From positions 1-49,229 of the forward strand of contig JAAZKR010000074.1 of the NCBI GenBank assembly GCA_012799725.1: a stretch of DNA of 49,229 nucleotides. Reading direction: 5' to 3'. Of this stretch, positions 18,675 to 27,952 are shown piece by piece (position 1 is the first letter of the stretch; each line of letters starts with the position of its first letter). The position numbers were made by a program, and so were the translations under genes. The notes beneath the pieces are model-generated. The model made no database searches and was not told the DNA's origin. It saw only the letters and a list, made by a program, of their open reading frames with translations. Source of the DNA: Oligosphaeraceae bacterium. GTDB taxonomy: Bacteria > Verrucomicrobiota > Lentisphaeria > Oligosphaerales > Oligosphaeraceae.

Positions 18675-21600
18675 ATGAATCGCCAGATATTCTTCTTGGC
18701 CTTGCTTGTGGTCTTTTCGACCCATGCTGTACAGTTGAGTGATGCAGAGAAAATGTCCCTTCCCTATGCCACTGGGAAAGCCTTTATGCTGGGGGATACT
18801 GGCTGGCGCATACATGCAGGCGATGTCAAGGGATTTGAAAAAAAGGATTTTGATGACAGTAGCTGGTTCTTAGGCAATGTTTCCAGAAGTGCCAGCGGTC
18901 AGGGTATTTCAGGAAGCCCTTGGATATTGTACCGTAAAGAATTCAGCATTTCGCCGGAACTGGCAGGAAAAACGATTCTGCTGGATCTGGGTTTTATCTC
19001 TTTTTATGACGAGGCATACATAGATGGCATGCTCATCGGCAGTTATGGCACCTATCCAAAAGGTATCACCGGTTCCTCATGGATGAGGCGCCGGTATATT
19101 CTCCCGGATGCTTTGGCAGCAGGCACAGGCACGCATACGCTGGCTGTCCGAACCTACGCAGGTTACGCTTCTGGCATGTACAATGGTTCACCCTATCTCT
19201 GCGAACTAAAAAGACATATTTATCCAAAGTACATTCTCAAAGAACCAAGGTCACTGCAATGGAATCTTTCTGATGCTCAACATCTTAATCATTTTTTTCC
19301 GGGCACCAGGACATACCTGCATCCTAGATTCACCACTCTGGGCTCTCCAGGGACCATGCAACTCCAGGCGACATTGCAGGGATCAGACGGTAAAAACACC
19401 ATACTTCCCACACGTACAATCAGGCTGGTAAACGATGAGTGGAGTGATTGTGAGCCAATACCTGTTGTGTTGCCTCAAAAGCTGGGACGCTTCTCCGTCA
19501 ATCTGACGCTGACAAATGAGCATGGCATCATTAGCTGGGAACAAACACTATATGGGCGATGCAGGAACAGGCAGATATTCGAGATACCCGTTGACACGAC
19601 TTTGACGCAACTTCAGTTCCCTTTGGATGTTTCCAGCATTGCCAGTGGCAGTTTCGGCCCAAGGCATTTCAAGGCCGGCAAACTTATACATGATTTCGAT
19701 ATCCCTGACACTCGGGGGACGCTGGCGTTTTCAGTTCGTCCTTCCCCCAAGGCACCCCTAATACTCCACACTCACGTCAAACCAATGCCTAAGCCTATTC
19801 CTACTACAGAATTGCTGGCGGCAAAGGGCGCTACTTCATACGATGGTTTCCAGGATGCTTGGCTTATGGGGAGTGTGACCTCACCCCAAGCAGGCAGGTT
19901 GAACGCCATAAGCACTGTTGGAAATTGGACTAAGCTGTGCTACAAATATCAATATGAAAATATCCGCAAATTTGATTTTACCATCAGCGCCATTTCTCCG
20001 GCTTGGCGTTTGGAGACAGATTCCGAGACCTTGCGCATCTTCGATGGTATTGAAGACAATGGCGTTGGACTCCCACAATTGATAGCAATGGAATGCGATG
20101 GGGTTCCATTGATTCACCCACTGAAGACTCCTCTTGACACCAGCAAAATGAGTGCCAACTGGTTTCTTGTCTCATTTAACGGCAGCAATGGCTTCGATGC
20201 TTTCGACATCCCCTGGCTTTTTGTGCTGCAACATCGTCCGGCTTCTATCGCCATCAATAGTGGTGCACTGGAACTCGATTATGGCTGCCCGGCGGGAACG
20301 ATTCTTGCCATGCCGCTTTACGGTGTCACTTTGCAAGAAGCGCAAGTAACGGCATCATGGTCAAATGGCCTCCCTGAGGACGTCATCCAACGCTGCCGGG
20401 CCTGGTCCAGGATTCTTGCCAATGCTCCAGATACCTTAACACGGAAAGCTGCCGTGGACTTCCAGCAGGACGCCTTAAGTTATGAGGACTGCTTTACCTA
20501 TTTGCCCCTGAACGACGAATGGAGCACTATTCCAATAACCATAGCTCCAATCGCACCACTGCTGCCTCCCACCTTAATGGCAGCCAAGCATTTTTCAGGT
20601 GCTATCAGCCATCCCGCCCAGGATTTGGATTACGCAACCCTTCATGGTCCCTTGCATGCAGTTATTGGTTCAAAAGTAATTACGCAATTCAAGGGGCTGC
20701 TTCATTTTATCCCGGAAGTCAGGCAAATCACATTAAAGGAACAAAACGCTGACTCTGTCTCATTGAAGAAGGAACTGTCGTCTATCTTGGAAAAACATTT
20801 CCATATCATGCAGAAACACCCTTGGCCTGACACGGTCTGGCGCGGCAAATATGTGCCTGGCAATCAGGAGCCAGCATTCACAAACATTCTACTGACCCTC
20901 CCCTATCTTTCAAATGACCTTGCCCAACGCATTCTGGATGAATATAAAAAAGAGGTGGAAAACTATCTCCTCTATGATGGCGTCCCAAGCGATGACTTTG
21001 CAGAGAAACTGCTGCCCAAGCTCAGAAAACGCCCGGTTTCAGTCTCACTTACCACGCCCACGGGACTGAAGCTGACCACTTTCGTTCCCCAAGAAACCGA
21101 TTATGGTATTGATTCCTGCTGCTTTGAAGCTCAGCTATGCTATATGCTCTGGAGCTATGCGCATCACAGCGGCGAATGGGAGTTCGTAAAACGCAGCTGG
21201 CCACGTATCCTTGAATCAGCCAACCTGCTGCCGAACGCATATAGCTGGCCCATTTGCTGTAGCTATGACACCTTTTCCGGCATCCGTGTCGGCAATGGGC
21301 TTCAGGAAACCGGAGTCATGCATGCAGGATTCTGTGCCATAGCAAGGATGGCACATAAATTTGGGGATATCCAATTACGGGACAAAGCCAGTTATTTTGC
21401 AGCAATGCAGCTCGTGGCGCTGAATGGTGCCATGTCGATGAATGCCTATCTGCGGGAAAGACGTCCGCTTCTTCCGGAAAGCACACAGAACGGACTCTGC
21501 GAATTTAGCGAGTATTACCGCCAGTACCATTATGTGGAATTCAATGAAAACGGCGGTTTTACGCAGCATGTCATGCATGCGGAAGACACATTGAACAGTC

Positions 21601-21893
21601 CACGTTCCTTTATCATGACCACTCTTCCGGAGATAATGCGCCCATATCGTGAACTTTTCCCTGAGCTCACCGATGACTATTTCAGCCTCAACTATCGTCA
21701 TATTCCTTTCAACAGGTGCATCGCAGAGCCGCTTTCGCCCGACATGGCATTCTATATGACCAGCAAATATCCGCTCTCCATAAGACAACTTCGTGTAAGG
21801 CGCAGTTTTCTGCCTTTCTCATGGCAGGAACATGCCAATGATATCCGTGTTGAATTGGATGCGCTGAACCTTATCCAGTATGTAATACCTTGA
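18675..21893 (+). CDS. Giant secreted protein with N-terminal GH2-N-like sugar-binding jelly roll; catalytic domain unknown
   Basis: Start chosen at ATG 18675 (MNRQIFFLALLVVFSTHA, a signal peptide) rather than 18603. The segment DDSSWFLG...WILYRKEFSISPELAGKTILLDLGFISFYDEAYIDGMLIG resembles galactose-binding-like GH2 N-terminal domains. The remaining roughly 850 aa are unassignable by eye. Confidence 0.6.
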   Translation: MNRQIFFLALLVVFSTHAVQLSDAEKMSLPYATGKAFMLGDTGWRIHAGDVKGFEKKDFDDSSWFLGNVSRSASGQGISGSPWILYRKEFSISPELAGKTILLDLGFISFYDEAYIDGMLIGSYGTYPKGITGSSWMRRRYILPDALAAGTGTHTLAVRTYAGYASGMYNGSPYLCELKRHIYPKYILKEPRSLQWNLSDAQHLNHFFPGTRTYLHPRFTTLGSPGTMQLQATLQGSDGKNTILPTRTIRLVNDEWSDCEPIPVVLPQKLGRFSVNLTLTNEHGIISWEQTLYGRCRNRQIFEIPVDTTLTQLQFPLDVSSIASGSFGPRHFKAGKLIHDFDIPDTRGTLAFSVRPSPKAPLILHTHVKPMPKPIPTTELLAAKGATSYDGFQDAWLMGSVTSPQAGRLNAISTVGNWTKLCYKYQYENIRKFDFTISAISPAWRLETDSETLRIFDGIEDNGVGLPQLIAMECDGVPLIHPLKTPLDTSKMSANWFLVSFNGSNGFDAFDIPWLFVLQHRPASIAINSGALELDYGCPAGTILAMPLYGVTLQEAQVTASWSNGLPEDVIQRCRAWSRILANAPDTLTRKAAVDFQQDALSYEDCFTYLPLNDEWSTIPITIAPIAPLLPPTLMAAKHFSGAISHPAQDLDYATLHGPLHAVIGSKVITQFKGLLHFIPEVRQITLKEQNADSVSLKKELSSILEKHFHIMQKHPWPDTVWRGKYVPGNQEPAFTNILLTLPYLSNDLAQRILDEYKKEVENYLLYDGVPSDDFAEKLLPKLRKRPVSVSLTTPTGLKLTTFVPQETDYGIDSCCFEAQLCYMLWSYAHHSGEWEFVKRSWPRILESANLLPNAYSWPICCSYDTFSGIRVGNGLQETGVMHAGFCAIARMAHKFGDIQLRDKASYFAAMQLVALNGAMSMNAYLRERRPLLPESTQNGLCEFSEYYRQYHYVEFNENGGFTQHVMHAEDTLNSPRSFIMTTLPEIMRPYRELFPELTDDYFSLNYRHIPFNRCIAEPLSPDMAFYMTSKYPLSIRQLRVRRSFLPFSWQEHANDIRVELDALNLIQYVIP

Positions 21894-21984
21894 CAATCGT
21901 AAATTCATGCAGGAGATTATCTCGGGATGGGCGATGCCCACAACTCATTTTTTCGCAGACCAAGGAAAACCAGTTGAAAAATAT

Positions 21985-22054
21985 ATCCGCAGATGGCGCA
22001 GATTTTTTAAGTGCACCATAAAAATCTGTGTTTATCCGCGGAATTTGCGGATAA
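21985..22054. repeat. Inverted pair of GCAGAT-word elements
   Basis: atccgcagatggcgcagatttttt (21985-22008) faces aaaaatctgtgtttatccgcggaatttgcggataa (22020-22054). The pair lies between the giant ORF stop and the FAD-oxidoreductase start. Confidence 0.65.
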
Positions 22055-22075
22055 AACAAATTAATCAATCATTTT

Positions 22076-23392
22076 TTGCCAACATCACTGATCATGAATC
22101 AATTAACAAATTGCCCAATAGAATCCAACGGTGATTTTGATGTCCTGGTATGCGGTGCCGGAATGGGAGGCATTACAGCTGCCTGTATGGCGGCAGAGCA
22201 AGGGCTTGAGGTCTGCGTTTTGGAATATTTTGGCGAACCTGGCGGTATTCCTGTCAATGGTGCCCTGGGGGCCATCTCAGGTTTTTCCGATGGAGAAGTC
22301 GTTGCGGTAGCTGGTTTTCCGCAGCGATTTGCGGATGAACTGGAACGTCGCGGCGCAAGTCTGATTCAAGGTGGCGGCAGTAATATCAATCTTCCTCCTT
22401 CTGCCATTTCCCTGCTCGTTTGGGAACTGCTGGAGTTCTACAACATTCAGATGCGCTTGTATACATCTGTGATTGACACGGAAGTCGATGCAAATGGACG
22501 TATTTCTTCCGTAGTAACCAGTGCAAAGGAAGGCTTGCGGCGTGTTTCCGCCAAACTGTTTATCGATGCCACCGGAGATGGTGACCTTGCATATATGGCA
22601 GGGGCGCCATACGAAATAGGGCGCCCTTCTGATGGCAAAGTCATGAGTGCCAGCGTTATCTTCATTATAGGCGGAATTGACAAAAGCAGAATGCCTGAAT
22701 ATATGGAAGTACGGAGAATCTGGAAGTCACGCCCCCGGCCTGTCCCCATTGATCACAGTGTTTTCCAATTTGTTCCACATTCCCCGCAAAGCAACGAAAT
22801 TGCCGTAAATATGACGCATTCCCTTGATGCCGATCCTCTTATCTCTGCTGGCCTAACGAAAATCCGCAGGGATTGCATGAAACAGGCAAAATATCTGCTG
22901 GAAGAGTTTTTCAGGAAGGAAATTCCCGGTTATGAAAACGCTTGGATAAGTCGTTATGCGCCGCAGGTCGGTGTCCGGGAAAGCAGGCGTATCATGGGCG
23001 ATTACATCCTCACCGAGGAAGATGTCTTGGAAGGGCGTCGTTTTGAAGATGAAATCGCTTGCGGTATATGGGGCATTGATGTGCACAATCCGGATGGCAT
23101 TCATACGGGAGTAAGTCACTACATCACGAAACCCTATGGGATTCCTTACCGCTGCATTACGCCTAGGGGATTAAGCAACCTGTTCATCGCGGGACGGCCA
23201 ATTTCAGCGGATCATATTGCCCACTCCTCCAGCCGTATCAATGCTACATGCATGGCAATCGGCGAAGCAGCAGGCACCGCTGCGAAAGAGGCAATTGACA
23301 GGCAGTGTACCCGCATGGTGGATATTCCACAGCTGAAATCACAGCTGGCAAACAATACATACAGTTACTTCAATGTAAAAGATGAATATTGA
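22076..23392 (+). CDS. FAD-dependent oxidoreductase (PF12831-like)
   Basis: 438 aa. The N-terminal dinucleotide-binding motif is DVLVCGAGMGGITAACMAAEQG and a C-terminal IGEAAGTAA segment is present. An alternative start at ATG 22094 (MNQLTN) is equally plausible. Confidence 0.75.
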   Translation: MPTSLIMNQLTNCPIESNGDFDVLVCGAGMGGITAACMAAEQGLEVCVLEYFGEPGGIPVNGALGAISGFSDGEVVAVAGFPQRFADELERRGASLIQGGGSNINLPPSAISLLVWELLEFYNIQMRLYTSVIDTEVDANGRISSVVTSAKEGLRRVSAKLFIDATGDGDLAYMAGAPYEIGRPSDGKVMSASVIFIIGGIDKSRMPEYMEVRRIWKSRPRPVPIDHSVFQFVPHSPQSNEIAVNMTHSLDADPLISAGLTKIRRDCMKQAKYLLEEFFRKEIPGYENAWISRYAPQVGVRESRRIMGDYILTEEDVLEGRRFEDEIACGIWGIDVHNPDGIHTGVSHYITKPYGIPYRCITPRGLSNLFIAGRPISADHIAHSSSRINATCMAIGEAAGTAAKEAIDRQCTRMVDIPQLKSQLANNTYSYFNVKDEY

Positions 23393-23412
23393 TTTTATCG
23401 ACAGGCACTTGC

Positions 23413-24810
23413 TCAGTTGAACCATTCAGCGGGCAGATATTCCCGTTCGGCTTCCAGGAGTTCGAGCATGATGGCCTTTGCGTCCGAGAGGTTGTTGACG
23501 ATGGGATCACTGGCAAGAGCTCGGTAAAGCAGCTTCCGGTCATGGTTGACGATGGCCTCGACAGTAAGTTCGTGGGTGTCAAGCACCTGCTGGGTCAGCC
23601 CGAGTACGCCGTGCGGGAGCTTTCCAACCGGAAGCGCTTGAAAGCCATTCATGTCTATCTCACGGCGCAATTCCAGAAAAGCATCGTCGGGCAGATTGCT
23701 TACCGCGCCTTGATTCGGCCCATTGATGAAGAATTGTTTACCAAGATTGCCCCACATAGATTCGATAATGTCGGTGGCATGGTCTCCGTGCTCGTAAGCC
23801 TTTAGGAATTCATTAATCGGGCGAGTTCCATCGGCATATTCCCGGGTGATTTTCCAGGCGGCATCCATCTCTTCCTGGCGGTTGTATCCGTCAAAGGGGA
23901 TAAGCGGCTCAGGGGTTACCGGGCATTTTCCGTAGCCCTGAAAGAAGGGGACGTATTCTTTTGTATGGCTGACAGCAGTCGGATATAGCCCATAGACATC
24001 CATCAGCTGCAATGCATAGTTGAAATTAAGGCGAGGCTTGGCTTTGCTGGAAGGGGGCCTCTCGTATTCTTTTGCGGCCAGCTGGCGGACCCGCTCATAA
24101 AGCTGCCCCTGCATATCCTTTCCATTGTAAATAAAATGCGTTATAAAGGTGCAGTGGTTGACACCGGCAATGCGAAGATCAAGGCCGGAAAGCAGTTCGA
24201 GGGGAGGCTGCTTCACATCGTATTTGAAATCTTCTGGCAGGGCGCCGGCGAGTTGCAGATAGGCAAAATCACTGTATGGCAGATGGTTGCCATCGCACAG
24301 CGCGAAGCTTTTCACTTCGGGTGCATGCCGCATCAGCCCGATACCCATAATCGCGGAAGGATTGATGAAATTGATCAGCCAGGCATCCGGCGCCAGTTCG
24401 CGGACATCCCGGGCAACTCGCAGAATTTCCGGCAGTTCACGCATAGCTCGGAAGATGCCGCCGGGGCCGATCGTATCGCTCGAACACATCGTAACACCAT
24501 ATTTTTGGGCGATCCGTGTGTCGGTCGCACGGAAGAAGCTGTTACGGTAGGAGAAGGAAAGCACCACAAAATCCGCGTCCTTCATTACCTCCTTACGGTT
24601 TGTCGAGCCAATAATTTTCACAGGGGCACCGGTTGCCTCTTTTGCCCTGTGTGTCAGCGCAAGCATGGTATCGAGCACATCCTGCTGAATATCCACCAAA
24701 GCCAAGGTCCCTTCACGAAGAATGGGACTGTTCACCATGTTGGATATTACCGGGCACCCGAAAAAATAACTGCCTGCACCTAAAACAATGATTTTTGGGC
24801 CACGCTTCAT
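23413..24810 (-). CDS. GH4-family NAD+/Mn2+-dependent glycosidase
   Basis: 465 aa. The N-terminal Rossmann motif is KIIVLGAGSYFFG. The GH4-typical blocks LINFINPSAIMG, FALCDGNH and IAGVNHCTFI are present. Confidence 0.85.
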   Translation of the reverse strand: MKRGPKIIVLGAGSYFFGCPVISNMVNSPILREGTLALVDIQQDVLDTMLALTHRAKEATGAPVKIIGSTNRKEVMKDADFVVLSFSYRNSFFRATDTRIAQKYGVTMCSSDTIGPGGIFRAMRELPEILRVARDVRELAPDAWLINFINPSAIMGIGLMRHAPEVKSFALCDGNHLPYSDFAYLQLAGALPEDFKYDVKQPPLELLSGLDLRIAGVNHCTFITHFIYNGKDMQGQLYERVRQLAAKEYERPPSSKAKPRLNFNYALQLMDVYGLYPTAVSHTKEYVPFFQGYGKCPVTPEPLIPFDGYNRQEEMDAAWKITREYADGTRPINEFLKAYEHGDHATDIIESMWGNLGKQFFINGPNQGAVSNLPDDAFLELRREIDMNGFQALPVGKLPHGVLGLTQQVLDTHELTVEAIVNHDRKLLYRALASDPIVNNLSDAKAIMLELLEAEREYLPAEWFN

Positions 24811-24904
24811 AAAAAATCCTTTAGAAAGTTAACAATTGTATCTCATCTTATCCCGAAAGTCGTGCTTATCCGAAAAGGGAAGAGGAATTTAATATAACGT
24901 GAAA

Positions 24905-27901
24905 TTAACGGATAAGAATCGACATTCCGTGAGATGGTACAGTTACCATGAATTGGCCGTCGCTCTCTGGCTTGATCACCTTCTCACTCACCATGCGTCC
25001 ATTGATGCCGTAACTGCGGCATGTAACTTGGTCGACCGGCTCATCCCATCTGAATTTGCCTGAATTGACAGTGATGATACGTTCCTTGGCGCGGATCCAT
25101 CCGGCATGAATATCCAGTATTGTGCTCGGAAACATGTCGCGCGTGGGCCATTCGTGTGGATTCTCGTGCGTTTTACGAGGCACATAGTAAGGATAATAGA
25201 GGATGCCGTTTTGGATTTTCCAGATCATGTCATCCATGAGATCCTCTTCAGTTTTCCATGTTTCGCGCCGTCCATATAGAGCTTTTCCGTGAGGGCCGTG
25301 TTGTCCCAGCATTACTGGAGTCGTAAAATGCATTTGCGCAAGGCGATCAACTCGATCACCCTCCGAAAAGCGAACGACCGGACCTTCCATTTGTTGGAGT
25401 CTTTTGATAAGAGGGGGAGAGTTAAGAATCACAATCCCATTGCGTTCAACAATATATTTATATATATTATATCTGGCGCCAGCAGACAACAAACAACAAT
25501 CGCCGTATTTCCGTATAATATTGCCCTTGTCATCGAGGTCTACTGTGTACCCATCCCAGCGGTCGTAGGTGAAACGTCCATAGTGCATGGCGGAGTTATT
25601 TGGTGTGTCGAAATACATACCGGAAAAACCGGCATCCATTGCTTTTTTTGCAACTTCCATGATATATTCGTAATAGCGATTGCCTATCATTGGATAACGG
25701 TAAACGTGGTATTGTCCAAGCTCGCCGCCTTCGTATGTGCTTTTGGGGTTTGCTCCAACACGAGCACGGGCATAAACAGGATGATTTCCGTCCTGATCTA
25801 CAATTGCTGAATCGGCCAATGGGTCGGGTTTGCCCTCACGATTCCGCCATGAAAACGTTGTTTGAAATTGCAAAAGGTATTTACAGTCTGGGACAAATTT
25901 TCTATTGTTGTTTTTCCATTCTATGAATGATTCCATCGCTTTATCAATCGTGAAATCGTCATCAGGATTTTGGGCGGCATTGAACCAGGTCCAGCCCACT
26001 GCAGAGTCAGCACCGTAATTTTTGGCGCGTATCTGGAACAATTCTCCATCGAAACTATCCCACCAGAGCATAGGTCCAGGAATAGTTGTCAAGTTTACAA
26101 GCCAAGCTCGACGTACGGCATTCACAAAGTCAAAGTAATCGGTCGAGGGGGTCATATACAGACCCCATTCAAGGATATACTTTTTCCCGGCATCAAAGCC
26201 AAGATGCGCGGTTTCGACTTTACCCATGAAAGGTGTCGCTTGATAACTGCATTGCAGTCGCAGCAGGTCGTCCTCCAGCGCCAGTCCAAGGCCGTTATCC
26301 TTGAAAGCCCAGAAAATGGACGAGTTCGCGTTAGGATTATTGTGACTGCTCAACATTTGTTGATATAAGGGCGAACCATTTTTCCGGATGTTTTCTGCCC
26401 GAGTATCTAAAAAGACATTGATCCCGGTACGCATGCCAAGGGGGGCTCCTGAAATATTCTCAATGCAATCACTCACTCGAATTGTTTGAGGATTGCATTT
26501 GACGGTACGGGTTATCTTATAAAATTTCCCCGAAAAATCAATTTTAAAGCCATCATTGGTTGTGCCAACCGTGCCTTGCCAGCTGTTTTCCGTCTTGATC
26601 TTTTCAGCCCCTGCGCAAAAAAATCCATTTGCACCACCCTCTGGATAGGAGAAGAAGCTCTCGACAAAATATTTCTGTATGCCGGTTTGTATTTGCAGAC
26701 CTCCGTCCGGCGCAATGGTAAGTGTGTAATCCTCACATTTTTTTTCTGTGCTGCTGTCAACGAATTGGCGGGTTTCTATCTGCCGAGCCGGCGAGAGAGT
26801 GGTGCAGGCATCGGGCACGTAACCGAGCTCCAGTTGATGAACCAATAGAAAAGGGTTTCCGTCTTTAAAACCTCGTCTTTTGACAAAATAGTCGTATTGT
26901 GCCAGATTGCGGAATGTCAATTTATTGTCTATATCTTTTAGAAGATCGTCACAATCAAGATAGTACCAGTTGACTTGTCGTGTCTCTGCAGAATTACTCT
27001 TGTCTGCGGGAAGTCCCCATTTGGAACCATGCATTACAGTCAGACGTCCCTGGTCATTGAGAGTTGTTGCGGCACTGCCCAGATAATTAAGGCCTCTATT
27101 GAGCAAGCGGCTTTGCCGGTCAGATGTTTCTGACGAAACCATCTGATCATTGACTATAATTTGCAAATCGGAGGCATGTCCGGACCCGCCATATGCCAAG
27201 CGGGCGCGAAAACGAATAGCCCTTTTCCAACCTGAACGTGGCGGAAAGTTTACGGCATCGATGCTTTGCTCACCGCCGCCAACTGCCAGTGCCATATTTG
27301 GATAAGAACGTATAGAGTCGAAGCTACGTTCAATCGGATTAGATAACTCGGTAACATCTTTAGTGTAGACTTTAATTTCTCCTATGTGAAGCAGAAAAGG
27401 GACGTGAGACTTTTCGTTTTTGCCTGGGGTTGGAGCGTTATTGGTAATCAGCAACTCGTTCTCGCCTTTTGTCAGGCTGTCTGTTAAATCAAGCGCATAT
27501 CTGTAAAGGGAATTATAATCTTCCGGAACGTAAATTGCTTCGATTGGTTCATCAGTAGGATATGATACGACATTCCATATTCCACCCTTGGTGTAATCCA
27601 GCCCACTACCATGAAAAGAGACAGCTTCCCGGTTGACTAGACGCATCACTTGAGAACCCGGTGGGAATATTTCATTGCCAATCACTTTTTGATTGAGTGA
27701 AATTTTCATAAACCATTCGCCGCCAATCTTCTGTGGACGCTCAAAACGTGCTGTGAATTCAACGATTGTTCGCTTCTCCAATGAGGGTTCAATTTCATTA
27801 AAACTGATACTATGGCTTTGCCCTGGCTTAAGAATGATCGCTGATGCCCAGACCTGTATTGTCGCTGCCAGCGCGTAGATAAGTAACAACCTTTTTTTCA
27901 T
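24905..27901 (-). CDS. Giant secreted protein of unknown function (two tandem beta-sandwich-like modules plus unassigned C-terminal two-thirds)
   Basis: Start chosen at ATG 27901 (MKKRLLLIYALAATIQVWA, a signal peptide) rather than 27946. An internal duplication is visible in the N-terminal 380 aa. I recognised no catalytic motif. Confidence 0.55.
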   Translation of the reverse strand: MKKRLLLIYALAATIQVWASAIILKPGQSHSISFNEIEPSLEKRTIVEFTARFERPQKIGGEWFMKISLNQKVIGNEIFPPGSQVMRLVNREAVSFHGSGLDYTKGGIWNVVSYPTDEPIEAIYVPEDYNSLYRYALDLTDSLTKGENELLITNNAPTPGKNEKSHVPFLLHIGEIKVYTKDVTELSNPIERSFDSIRSYPNMALAVGGGEQSIDAVNFPPRSGWKRAIRFRARLAYGGSGHASDLQIIVNDQMVSSETSDRQSRLLNRGLNYLGSAATTLNDQGRLTVMHGSKWGLPADKSNSAETRQVNWYYLDCDDLLKDIDNKLTFRNLAQYDYFVKRRGFKDGNPFLLVHQLELGYVPDACTTLSPARQIETRQFVDSSTEKKCEDYTLTIAPDGGLQIQTGIQKYFVESFFSYPEGGANGFFCAGAEKIKTENSWQGTVGTTNDGFKIDFSGKFYKITRTVKCNPQTIRVSDCIENISGAPLGMRTGINVFLDTRAENIRKNGSPLYQQMLSSHNNPNANSSIFWAFKDNGLGLALEDDLLRLQCSYQATPFMGKVETAHLGFDAGKKYILEWGLYMTPSTDYFDFVNAVRRAWLVNLTTIPGPMLWWDSFDGELFQIRAKNYGADSAVGWTWFNAAQNPDDDFTIDKAMESFIEWKNNNRKFVPDCKYLLQFQTTFSWRNREGKPDPLADSAIVDQDGNHPVYARARVGANPKSTYEGGELGQYHVYRYPMIGNRYYEYIMEVAKKAMDAGFSGMYFDTPNNSAMHYGRFTYDRWDGYTVDLDDKGNIIRKYGDCCLLSAGARYNIYKYIVERNGIVILNSPPLIKRLQQMEGPVVRFSEGDRVDRLAQMHFTTPVMLGQHGPHGKALYGRRETWKTEEDLMDDMIWKIQNGILYYPYYVPRKTHENPHEWPTRDMFPSTILDIHAGWIRAKERIITVNSGKFRWDEPVDQVTCRSYGINGRMVSEKVIKPESDGQFMVTVPSHGMSILIR

Positions 27902-27952
27902 GTGGAAACCCCATGATTCATTGTTCAAGTTACGGCGGATCATCAAAATCTG

